From Botryllus schlosseri (Eukaryota), in contig CM119372.1 in the NCBI GenBank assembly GCA_051294905.1, positions 29,824,001 to 29,888,000 on the forward strand: 64,000 bases of DNA, written 5' to 3'. The translations under genes were made by a program, and so were the position numbers. Under the pieces are notes generated by a model. It was not told the origin of the DNA. It was given only the letters and a program-made list of their open reading frames with translations, and did not search any database. Below are positions 41,626-53,789 of the stretch, in pieces. Within the stretch, counting starts at the first letter, position 1; each line of letters starts with the position of its first letter.

Positions 41626-42903
41626 GAAATACTTGTTCGCTTGAGCTAACCCGCAGCGCCTGGAGTGAAATTTTATAGTTCTTGTAAAAAGTTGTTTGTA
41701 CTTAATATATGTTTAAGGTATGTCCTACACATTCATGATTTCGTCCGAGTTTGTATTTTAGTAGTATATACTAATTTACGATACCGCATTTGTAATTTGT
41801 GCAAGAGTTGTATGCGCACAATATATGTTTATCATAAGTCCTACACATTCATGATTTCGTCCTAGTTTGAGTTTTAGAAAATATTATACCGACATCGCGA
41901 CATCTTTCAAAAACAAAACCGTGGTCAATGCTTAAGAGACCATTTTCGCTATTTTCCATCGCCATTCTGGACCGCGAAAACACATTGTACGATATAGATG
42001 AAACTTTGGAAGATAGCACACTCAATTTTGTAATGTATCTAGATAACTACTTTTATGAAACTCTTACATTTCTACTAAACTAATACACTGAATCTTGTGA
42101 GTTACGCATTTCATCATTGAACAACTTTAAAACTAACGCAGTTCTATGCCGACATTTGCGTGAATCTCTTTTGCGGGAGCGTAGCACATACCTATGCGTA
42201 GTCAACTTACTGGTGTAATTAGTTTCAACACTTTTACAACGATTTTTCTTGCTTCCTATAACATCCCACTCGAAGCCCTAGTTATTAGGCTATGATCTCG
42301 GCCTGAGCTATGTCTTGACTCCTACGGGACTCTGCAAATTGTTTCGATATATTCTGCCCGTTTTAATTTAAGATAAGGAAGCCCATTTCACTCAATGTAT
42401 CGATGCCTACGGTACTCTACAAAATTTTCTGATTAATTCTCCCTATGTTAATTTACCATAAGAAAGACAATTTGACTCCTAAAGTCCGAAATACTTGCTC
42501 GCTTGAGCTAAGCCGCAGCGCCTGGAGTGGAATTTTATAGTTCTTGTAAAAAGTTGTTTGTACACAATATATGTTTAAGGTAAGTCCCACACATTCATTA
42601 TTTCGTCCGAGTTTGTATTTTAGTTGTATATACTAATTTACGATACCGCATTTGGAATTTGTGCAAGTACAGGAATATCATAGTTTTGGTAACAAAGTTG
42701 TATGCGCAAAATATATGTTTATCATAAGTCCTACACATACATGATTTCGTCCTAGTTTGAGTTTTAGAAAATATTATACCGACATCGCGACATCTTTCGA
42801 AAACAAAACCGTGATCAATGCTTAAGAGACCATTTTTGCTATTTTTCATCGCCATAAGTCATTCTGGACCGCGAAAACGCATTGTACGATATAGATGAAA
42901 CTT
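41626..42903 (+). repeat. Direct duplication (~41626-42006 and ~42488-42903) upstream of Bcl-2 copy A
   Basis: GAAATACTTG...GATATAGATGAAACTT occurs twice in the left arm and once in the right arm. Confidence 0.85.
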
Positions 42904-42980
42904 ATGCAAATCCTAGGATCCTCATTTTCAAAGTAGCTTAGATTTCGAAACAAGCTCTGACTCGCTATTCTCCTCAAAGC

Positions 42981-45314
42981 ATGGAATTACCACGAGCATC
43001 ACCTTCGTTCACTGAAGAAAAGGATGAAATTATATCCAAAGTATATTCCTTGACCAGGAATTTTATCATGTACGAACTCGAAGGCTCATGCGTTAAGGTA
43101 AATACGAAAGCAGAGAGAACCTTACGTCGAGTTGGGGATGAAATGTTCGAGCGACATCGAACTGTCCTAAACGCAGTCTCCAAACGTCTCCGCTATAGTG
43201 ATATCGAAGTCAATGAAAAATACAAAGAATATTTACCCTATGAGCGAATGTTCCTGATGATAGCTGATGAAATTTGCAAAGATACCAAAGAAAATTGGGG
43301 TAGGATTGTCTCCCTTTTTGTGGTCGGTAGCAGAGTTGGATCAATTGTAATTTGTAATTGTAATTGAATGTAATTAATTACATTTTTCAATGTAATTGTA
43401 ATGTAATTGTAATTGAAGCATTTTTATTTTGTTCAATTGTAATTGTAATTATAATTTGACAAAAATTTGGCTCAATTACAATTTCAATTACATTAAATTG
43501 CTATTGAGACCTGACAAGCACAACATAAAATATTTGACTTATAATGCATTCTCTTTAAATGTCGACAAGGAATTTGGTGGATCCATTCGCGGAAGCCCTT
43601 GACTGCGCCCTTGCGGGCGAAGTTTTTTTTATTTTTACCGCTATGCTGGCCTCGGCTGCCATTGTATACAATTTTTAGATTATTAACCAACGGATGGATT
43701 CGCAACACGTGACTCACGATTGAATACGCCGAGAAGCGAACTGCTGAGCCGGCTAAAAGCAGAAGAATTGATAGTCCCATAGCTGGCGATCCAAGCGTCG
43801 AAATTTGATTTGTATGGTCCTAATCGGAAGCTAGTGTCGCACTGATTCCGCAATAAAAGTATATTTTCAGGCAATGGTACCACCCAAAATAGTCGTGAAA
43901 GTCTGGGAATCGGCATTGTTCTGAACAATCGCCGGGCGTAATTGGTAATTGTTTTGGTCATGCTGCTGCAGCGCTCTCACTTTTCAGAACAGTCGGCCTT
44001 AAACGGCTATTTTGGAGCAGTTACATTGCCCTGACGAGAATTTATTTTGTATTTTCGGAATTGGTACATCAATAGCTTACGATAAAGACCAGATGCATCA
44101 AATTTGGACGCATGGATCGCCAGCTCTAGGACTACAAAGTTTGCTGCTTTTAGCCTGCTCTGCAGTACGTTTGTCGGTGCATTCATCCGTGACTCACATC
44201 TTGTGCATCTATCCGTCGGTTGGCAATCTACAATACGATTTCAGATCACGATGCTGCATCGTTACTTCGTCTGGCTAACTAACCAGACCACTGGATATTA
44301 TATAACGTCTTATCTGACAAAGCATGGTTTTGTTTTCACTCCTCATCCTAATTCCTACGTCCCTCGATAAAAATAATATTATTTCTTTAATTATATACTA
44401 TATACGCAAATCCAACCCATGCATATATTATAATATTTTTTCAACGACATACTGCACCCTATCCTTAATCATAACCCATAGGAAATTAGGTAAATAACAT
44501 TTTACAATTACGTGAGCCATAATTACCGAGCATACAAAACACGCTTATATTACGTCACAATGACATCTTACAGAGCATACTAAGTACGCACATGAACACA
44601 TTTATTACTACACAATCTGAACTAGACTTGGATTGTTGTTAAATACGACGCTACGGTTGTCAAGGAGCACGGTTGAATTTATGATTATTCAATTACATGT
44701 TCAACAGCAGCAATTGTAATTGTAATTGTAATGTAATTGAAGCATGCAAGGAGTCATTGTAATTGTAATTGTAATTTGATATTTTTAGCATTGAGTAATT
44801 GTAATTGTAATGTAATTGAAACATGCATGAAAGTAATTGTAATTGTAATTGTAATTGAACTGAAATAATGTAATTGATCCAACTCTGGTCGGTAGCATTC
44901 TTGCTCGCAAGAACGTGGATGAACATCACGGGGAGCATATAGAAGCTATCATACAGACAGTCGGAAATTACATTGCTAGCAGAAGACTAAAGTGGATAGT
45001 GCAAAATGGAGGATGGGTAGGTGATTTACATGCTTTGCTTAGTATTTATGAATTATCTTTTAGCATGAGATATATAGTGTATCTGCTCTCCAGAGCCCGT
45101 ATCATCTCTCGATGATGAAACTCAGCTTTATCTTCCAATTCGATTCACGACACGATAACTTTCCTCCCTATTATCATTAAGGCTTCTATTTTTGTTGCAG
45201 GATGGCTTTGTAGGATTCTTTGATAATACCGCTTTCGACTACAATAAAGTTTGGAAGGGACTCGTGTTTTTCGGAATCGGACTGACATCTATAGCAATGA
45301 CATTATCAAGATAA
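42981..45314 (+). pseudogene. Bcl-2 family (Mcl-1-like) gene, copy A; 194-aa frame intact apart from a transposon insertion at the end of BH1
   Basis: Exon 1 is 42981-43330 plus 44896-45016, intron 45017-45200, exon 2 is 45201-45314. BH3 LRRVGDE, BH1 NWGRIVSLF, BH2 WIVQNGGW|DGF with the family-typical intron, hydrophobic C-terminal anchor, AATAAA at 45354. Confidence 0.9.
43331..44887. mobile_element. hAT-type MITE (CAGAGTTGGA, GTAATT arrays) inside the Bcl-2 exon
   Basis: TIR CAGAGTTGGATCAATT...AATTGATCCAACTCTG, perfect TSD GTCGGTAG. Empty site present in copy B. Confidence 0.95.
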
Positions 45315-45637
45315 TGGATGTTCGCATGTTTTTATCTCATGTAATATTTTAAGAATAAAATTCTTCATCGTTTAATCGCATCCATTTTACTGTAGGATGT
45401 ATAGAGTTTCTTCTGAGAATACTCGAAGGGTTGCCCCATATGGAAACCTTCTTTATACTTTTAATTTTTTAAATTTTTACAGCTACGTAAGGGAATTGTT
45501 AGGGTTACCCAGAATACGCTGCAGGTCAAATTTGATTTGATTACGAGCATTATAGCGACAGAGATTTACGATAGTGTAAAATAACCTACCTTACGACATT
45601 AAATTTCGTCTTCTCTCCAAGTGGAAATATCATGTTC

Positions 45638-45734
45638 TATAAGCATAAAAACATTCCCGCGCGCTCCTAAACCTAAACTTTTCGTAACCCTACCACCTAA
45701 TACTAAGACGCGCGGGAATGTTTTTATGCTTATA
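45638..45734. mobile_element. ~97-bp miniature inverted-repeat element
   Basis: TATAAGCATAAAAACATTCCCGCGCG...CGCGCGGGAATGTTTTTATGCTTATA. Confidence 0.75.
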
Positions 45735-46160
45735 CAACTCAGCGAATACCCATCGGCCTGCTCACTACATTTGAAAGATTCTCTCCACTATTGTGTATAA
45801 AAGAATATACTTCTCTTAGTAAGCAATTTCTCGTGAATTCCGAAGCACGTTGACGTGTGTTAACTTCTGTATTAGGTGATAATATCATTTTAATGTCTGA
45901 TAATGTTACTTGTCTAGTGATACAAACGTAAGCTCATATACTACTTTAAAATTTAATGTCTCACCAAATTTTATCCAAAACTGAAACTTTTAAGTACCGA
46001 TAAAGTACTCTAAAACCTAGTCACTTTTTACGTGGAGGGAGTACATAGCGGAGTACTTGTACAATGTGGAGTACTCAAGTATAGGTTTGGCCTGCTTGAG
46101 CTATACTTATAGAATCATTCCTGTGTCATAAACACTTGAGTAGTTGGTGCGTGTGGACAT

Positions 46161-47730
46161 CAGAGTTGGATCAATTACATTATTTCAGTTCAATTACAAT
46201 TACAATTACAATTACTTTCATGAATGTTTCAATTACATTACAATTACAATTACTCCATGCTAAAAATATTAAATTACAATTACAATTACAATCACTCCTT
46301 GCATGCTTCAATTACATTACAATTACAATTACATTACAATTACAATTACAATTGCTGCTGTTGAACATGTAATTGAATAATCATAAATTCAACCATGCTC
46401 CTTGACAACCGTAGCGTCGTATTTAACAACAATTCAAGTCTAGTTCAGATTGTGTAGTAATAAATGCGTTTATGTGCGTACATAGTATGCTATGTAAGAT
46501 GTCATTGTGACGTAATATGAGCGTGTTTTGTATGCTCGGTAATTATGGCTCACGTAATTGGCAATGTAAAATGTTATTTACCTAATTTCCTATGGGTTAG
46601 GATTAAGGATAGGGTGCAGTATGTCGTTGAAAAAGTATTATAATATATGTACGTGATGGATTTGCGTATATAGTATATAATTAAAGAAATAATATTATTT
46701 TTATCGAGGGACGTAGGAATTAGGATGAGGAGTAAAAACAAAACCGTGCTTTGTCAGATAAGACGTTATATAATATCCAGTGGTCTGGTTAGTTAGCCAG
46801 ACGAAATAACGATGCAGCATCGTGATCTGAAATCGTATTGTAGATTGCCAACCCACGGATAGATGCGCAAGATGTGAGTCACGGATGAATGCACCGACAA
46901 ACGTACTGCAGAGCCGGCTAAAAGCAGCAAACTTTGTAGTCCTAGAGCTGGCGATCCATGCGTCCAAATTTGATGCATCTGGTCTTTATCGTAAGCTATT
47001 GATGTACTAATTCCGAAAATACAAAATAAAATCTCGTCAGGGCAATGTAACTGCTCCAAAATAGCCGTTTAAGGCCGACTGTTCTGAAAAGTGAGAACGC
47101 TGCAGCAGCATGACCACAACAATTACCAATTACGCCCAGCGATTGTTCAGAACAATGCCGATTCCCAGACTTTCACGACTATTTTGGGATGGTACCATTG
47201 CCTGGAAATATACTTTTATTGCGGAATCAGTGCGACACTAGCTTTCGATTAGGACCATACATATCAAATTTCGACGCTTGGATCGCCAGCTATGGGAATA
47301 TCAATTCTGCTGCATGTAGCCGGCTCAGCAGTTCGCTTCTCGGCGTATTCAATCGTGAGTCACGTGTTGCGAATCCATCCGTTGGTTAGTAATCTAAAAA
47401 TTGTATACAATGGCAGCCGAGGCCAGCATAGCTGTAAAAAAAAACTTCGCCCGCAAGGGCGCAGTCAAGGGCTTCCGCGAATGGATCCACCAAATTCCTT
47501 GTCGACATTTAAAGAGAATGCATTATAAGTCAATTATTTTATGTTGTGCTTGTCAGGTCTCAATAGCAATTTAATGTAATTGAAATTGTAATTGAGCCAA
47601 ATTTTTGTCAAATTATAATTACAATTACGCAAAATAAAAATGCTTCAATTACAATTACATTACAATTATATTGAAAAATGTAATTAATTACATTCAATTA
47701 CAATTACAAATTACAATTGATCCAACTCTG
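46161..47730. mobile_element. Second, inverted copy of the CAGAGTTGGA MITE
   Basis: Same TIRs, own TSD GTGGACAT, near-identical reverse complement of 43331-44887. Confidence 0.95.
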
Positions 47731-48211
47731 GTGGACATATAACTACTTGAGTACTTTGAAGAAGTCCATATACTTCTCTGCTCAACATCTCTGAACGGTA
47801 GAAGTGGAGATATAGTCTACAAACATATTCAGTCAGTTACTTACTCTGTAATCGCTATTGCATAAGTAAAAAGTTGGTATTCAGGGGTCTATTTTTTGTT
47901 TAATACTGAAACAGTCTTGAAGTAGAAACAATCCTATATCACAAACATTCGAATATTTTCTGTATGTAGGAAAAACCTACTTGAGTACTCAGTACTACTC
48001 TACTCATCATCTCTGAACGCTAGAGGTGGAGATAGTCTACAAACATTTACTTACTCACTTTGAAATCGCTACTTGTACTTATATTCGAGAAGAATTGCTC
48101 GACGTTGAATACCATCCGATAGCGTTTATGATTCTACTTTTACTTCATAGAATATATAGTTATAAAAGTAAATAGTTTTATGATAATCTACATCTTCAAG
48201 CTGAAAAGAGG

Positions 48212-50477
48212 ATGTACCATCAATTAGTACTTACGGATCATGATGAAGTGAAAATTTATTATGGGCTCTATCACCAAACTATGACTGAATTGGACATAAA
48301 TAATATCGCGAATTCTCTTATTCGGCAATCTCGCGTGTATGAGTTAGAATTTCGTCAATGCCATCTCAATGAAAACCTCGTCAAGATTCTATTTGATACA
48401 ATTCGTGGATTTGAATTTGAGGTAAACGCCTTCACACATTCCGCTCGTAGCCATTGATCATTATAAATTCACGTTCAATTTAAGTATATGTTATCCGTAA
48501 AATATTGAGATACAGCTTTATCGTTATCGCATTGTTCTGTATTACTAATGTGTTAAGGCGCGAATTGGTGGTATCGCAGAGAACAATGCTTATTTGCTAC
48601 TGGTATAGGCATTAGTCTCGATAGCCTTACTAGATAGACTATAGTCAGAGTTGATCAGTGTTAAGATGTTCATAGATCATTTAGCGTTTTATGCGTTAAG
48701 TTTTGCGCTCGTTCAGGTCGAAATGAGAAAACTCAGCGTTACAGCACACAACGACATTGCGAAACTCATCCCATTAATCTGTGAGCTGATGAAGGAGTGT
48801 GCTTCGACGGAGCTCAATCTGCAAGAAAGTGGTGGATCCGAGGATTTTCTGATTATTTTGAGTAAACTTATACAGCACCATCAGGTATTGGTGATGGAAA
48901 AAGCTAGGCGCTAATCTAGTATAGAACCTATCGAAGTGATATTTCCTAATACCTCATTTCCGTAGGCGAAATTGAAAAACCTCGATCTCAGCTACGCAGA
49001 GAACATTAACTTTACGCAACTCGGGACTATTATTTCGAGTGATCTAACATATTTGTCAGTTGTGAACTCGCGCTTGCAGTCAAAAGATTTCATTGCTATG
49101 CAGCTCGAAAACTTTAAGGTCTGCGCGATTATTGCTGGGTACGGTTTTTATTGATCAAAGTCTGTATGAGCAGCTGTGTAGAGATGGATGAGGGAAATTC
49201 TAGTTTCATCTTAGCACATTTAGCCTATATTATGACGTGAGTGACTAGACAACATATTTTCTGTTATAAGTTTGAATTTTTTTATGTCTGATCATTGCTG
49301 ATCGTAAATTTACAGTTTCCGAAATTTTTTAGCTCCAATATCTTGACATCAGTTACAATCAGCTGGATGAAGAGTGTATGATCGCGCTGCCTGCCTTACT
49401 TTGTAAAGACAAAGGGGTTACTCTTATCATGAAAGGATGTGACCTTACACCCGAGAAAATTCACGCTTTTGAAAGTTTTGGTGATATCGGGGTACTGAAT
49501 CGTTTCTATAGTTTTGTGGATCATTTTGAAGTAAATTGGTGGATTTATAGGTTGAAAGCCTTGATATGAGTTACAATACCGATATGGAACCGGGAGGCTT
49601 GAAAGAAGTTGGATGCTTCGTAAGAAAGCATTACACGAAAACAGTTCGACTTTCAGCTTGCGAATTGGATGAAGACTCACTAATCTCGTTAAATAATGGT
49701 CTCGGAATTTATGAGTTGATCATTTGAAATATATCTGTTTTGTTTTCTAACTGAAATAATCAATCACAGTGTAATGCTTATGTGAGTTTTGGTAATATTC
49801 AAGCATGACATTTCATTGATCGATAGAATTGTCATCATCAATAAAGTGCTTCTGATCACGAGCTTCATTATCTTCTTCGGTGTTGCATAAGTTTTGCTAT
49901 TAGGAGTAGAAATCGCAAAAATTTGCTCAACCTTCGGTAAATAATATAATATAAATCTATTACAGCCTTCGAGCCGTTTGTAGTCTCGTAAACTATCTGA
50001 ACATCACACCATGTTTTAGCTGCATTCGCTGGATTTAAGTAGAAATCCTGGCATTTCATCCTGCTACAAAACAGTAACTAAAGTCCTGTGCAATTCAAGT
50101 GTGGAAGAATTTAATCTGTGTAATTGCAAGATGCTTTCCCTGCAAATCAGGAATCTGAGCGAAGAGATGGGAAAGTAAGTACAGTAAGATCTTTCTGCTC
50201 AATCATATATCCCGATTTAGCGATGTAGTTCGTTTCTGTATTTCTAAATTGATATAAATCTCCTATTATTCAATTAACAGCTAAAAGCAATCGACCTCAG
50301 TGATAGCGATAGAACGAGAATCGATGAGAAATACGTGAATTCCATTCAGAGAGCTTCGTGACATATAATCCTGAATGTCGCAAAGTCAAACTAGTCTTAC
50401 CGCGCTTGAGTGGGGAAGATATGAAGACCTTGAGAAAACAACTGTACTCACCCTGTACGGGGATATTTTCCGAATAA
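48212..50477 (+). pseudogene. NLR/RNI-type leucine-rich-repeat-only gene, 7 exons, 3' part degenerate
   Basis: Exons 48212-48421, 48717-48884, 48966-49118, 49333-49491, 49551-~49715, 50020-~50174, 50281-50477. Later exons open with LxxLDLSxN motifs (LKNLDLSY, LQYLDISYN, VESLDMSYN, LHSLDLSRN, LKAIDLSD). First four introns are clean phase-0 GT-AG. After that the phase-0 donor is lost at 49716, there is a phase conflict at ~50175 and a frameshift at ~50350. TATAAAA at 48161. Confidence 0.8.
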
Positions 50478-51053
50478 ACATGTATCTAGATGAGAATTAG
50501 GAGATTTTTCCTTTACTTGATAATGCTTTGCGTGAGCGCTACGGCCTGATAAGATTATAGGTAGGTAGGCCTACATATTAGCAGAAGTTAACACATGTCA
50601 ATGTAACTTTCCGCATTTCTGTCTATATAGATTCGGAATCCACCAGAAATTGGTTACTATGTGAGCGAAGTATTCTTGCAAACCAACAGCACAGGCAAAT
50701 TTAAATTAGTTCGGTATGGACAATATTATAGAACATGATATTTCCACTTGGAGAGAAGACGAAATTTGATGTCGTAAGGTAGGTTATTTTACACTATCGT
50801 AAATCTCTGTCGCTATAATACTCGTAATCGAATCAAATTTGACCTGCAGTGTATTCTGGGTAACCCTAACAATTCCCTTACGTAGCTGTAGAAATTTGAA
50901 AAATTAAAAGTATAAAGAAGGTTTCCATATGGGGCAATCCTTCGAGTATTCTCAGAAGAAACTCTATACATCCTACAGTAAAATGGATGCGATTAAACGA
51001 TGAAGAATTTTATTCTTAAAATATTACATGAGAAAAAAACATGCGAACATCCA

Positions 51054-51808
51054 TTATCTTGATAATGCCATTGCTATAGATGTCAGTCCGATTCCGACAA
51101 ACACGAGTTCCTTCCAAACTTTATTGTAGTCGAAAGCGGTATTATCAAAGAATCCTACAACAAAAATAGAAGCCTTAATGATAATAGGGAGGAAAGTTAT
51201 CGTGTCGGGAATCGAATTGGAAGGTAAAGCTGAGCTTCATCATCGAGAGATGATACGGGCTCTGGAGAGCAGATACACTATATATCTCATGCTAAAAGAT
51301 AATTTATAAATACTAAGCAAAGCATGTAAATCACCTACCCATCCTCCATTTTGCACTATCCACTTTAGTCTTCTGCTAGCAATGTAATTTCCGACTGTAG
51401 TATGATAGCTTCTATATGCTCCCTATGATGTTCATCCTCGTTCTTACGAGCAAGAATGCTACCGACCACAAAAAGGGAGACAATCCTACCCCAATTTTCT
51501 ATGGTATCTTTGCAAATTTCATCAGCTATCATCAGGAACATTCGCTCATCGGGTAAATATTCTTTATATTTTTCATTGATTTCGACATCACTATAGCGGA
51601 GACGTTTGGAGACTGCGTTTAGGACAGTTCGATGTCGCTCGAACATTTCATCCCTAACTCGACGTAAGGTTCTCTCTGCTTTCGTATTTACCTTAACGCA
51701 TGAGCCTTCGAGTTCGTACATGATAAAATTCCTGGTCAAGGAACATGCTTCGGATATAATTTCATCCTTTTCTTCAGTGATCGAAGGTGATACTCGTGGT
51801 AATTCCAT
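51054..51808 (-). pseudogene. Bcl-2 family (Mcl-1-like) gene, copy B
   Basis: Inverted paralog of copy A. BH3 Gly to Arg (LRRVRDE), 1-nt frameshift near 51400 giving a stop before BH2, 13-nt deletion removing the original exon 2 acceptor near 51160. Confidence 0.92.
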
Positions 51809-52981
51809 GCTTTGAGGAGAATAGCGAGTCTGAGCTTGTTTCGAAATCTAAGCTACTTTGAAAATGAGGATCCTAGGATTTGTATAAGTTTCATCTATAT
51901 CGTACAATGCGTTTTCACGGTCCAGAATGACTTATGGCAATGAAAAATAGCAAAAATGATCTCTTAAGCATTGATCACGGTTTTGTTTTCGAAAGATGTC
52001 GCGATGTCGGTATAATATTTTCTAAAACTCAAACTAGGATGAAATCATGAATGTGTAGGACTTATGATAAACATATATTGTGCGCATACAACTCTTGCAC
52101 AAATTGCAAATGCAGTATCGTAAATTAGTATATACTACTAAAATACAAACTCGGACGAAATCATGAATGTGTAGGACCTACCTTGAACATATATTGTGTA
52201 CAAACAACTTTTTACAAGAACTACAAAATTTCAATTCAGGCGCAGCGGGTTAGCTCAAGCGAACAAGTGTTTCACTTTACTCATTTGTATGCATAGCCTA
52301 CGCGAAATTGGATACCGAAATTTTTGATTAGTATATATTCCGAATTTTATTTAAAACTGAAATTGTTAAGTACTACTAAAAGTGTTATAAAATGTGAAAG
52401 AGTGTACAAGTAGAATTATTATTATGTCATGCATAAGTAGTTTAAATTCATACGATTTTTCTTGTTGCGTTCCGGGATAAAATGTAATTTTTCGCTCTTT
52501 TTTAATTTTTTAATTTTTAATAAAATAAGTATTCATTTTACAAAAAACGTCGTAATTTGACTTTTGAAAATGGAAAATGCGTGAGCTCTACTAACTTTTT
52601 AGGTAGTTCGAAATCGCTACTTCTATACATTAATTCAAAGTATTTGTCAGTCATCGTAACCCAGCTCATATTGCGCGCTATCTATTTATTTCACGGATAA
52701 CGAATTACTCCAGCTTTTATCAGAAGATACTTTCCTAGGGTTTGCCTACTAACAGTACTTGGTTTAGATTAATAAAAGTATAGTGTTTGAAAATAGATCA
52801 CTGGATTATAGCTTACAGAAAACTCCACAGTTCTATGTGCCGTCCTTGCATACCAACAACCTTCGAACTATTCGCCGCCTTATAAACACTTGAGGAGGCC
52901 TACATTTGATGCGTGTGGGGAAAACGTAGTTAAATTTTCATATGCATTTAGTTTCCAACTCTGAAAGCAAGCTTAGTCAAT

Positions 52982-53728
52982 TATTATTATTATTATAGGT
53001 AAAAACATTGGCATGAGTGGCGCTTATCACAACTGAAGGCTTTTTGCGCCACGGACAGAAACAAGTTAAACAGAAAGTTCATAATATATAACTGAGATAG
53101 TTAGGCCTACACATATGCACATAAAAAGGTTTTACAATATTCCTCGAGTCGATCTAACATATTCAACAACATATCGCAGTGCTTGTGGATCAGTCAGTAG
53201 GGTTCGCATGTCGAAATTTACATTCTTAGACTCTGCATGACGTCGTAAGCGTTCTCTTTGATAGCGGTATTTTCTACAATTCATGAGATAATGCTCTACG
53301 GTTTCCTCAATACCACATGCTTCGCACCGCAGTTGCGAGTCGATGCATCCAATCTTGTTGAGATGGTGGTTTAGTCTGCAATGCGTCGTTCTTAACCGCA
53401 GCAAAATCGAATTTCCCAACCTTGTATCCACTTCCGATAGTCCGTCATGTACCGAGGGTCGCAGATCTTTGTACGCTCTCCCAGTATCTGTGGATTGATA
53501 AATGCGGTCCCACTCATCTTTGCAGCTCTTTAGCAAGCACGACCGTACGTCGGCGAGTGGGATAGCATGATTCCGACGTATGTGTGTATTAGCAGCTCCC
53601 GTCCTAGCTAATTGATCTGCAGATTCATTACCGCGTATTCCGGAGTGTCCAGGCACCCATACAAACGATATGGTGATTTCTGCTGTTCGCAACTGATGGT
53701 TCAGCTCAATAATTTCATTCACCAGTGC
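52982..53728 (-). mobile_element. 5'-truncated non-LTR retrotransposon (I/Nimb-like): RNase H C-terminus plus CCHC finger
   Basis: ORF 53132-53722: WVPGHSGIRGNESADQLA...LRLRTTHCRLN...CEACGIEETVEHYLMNC. (TAA)n tail, 12-bp TSD AGCTTAGTCAAT. Confidence 0.93.
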
Positions 53729-53789
53729 AGCTTAGTCAATGATCATTCGCGTACCATTAGTATTCATTTTACAAAAACGTCGTGTAAAG

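Noticed and set aside
43300..44895. MITE spliced out as an introner-like intron using GT/AG in or near the TSD GTCGGTAG
   Set aside because: Donors at 43300, 43320, 43323 and 43327 joined to the AG at 44894-44895 remove 31, 11, 8 or 4 coding nt, all out of frame.
51140..51410. Compensation of the copy B frameshift by the new TTGTAG acceptor created by the 13-nt deletion
   Set aside because: The shifted frame hits TAA (51365-51367) before the donor at 51338.
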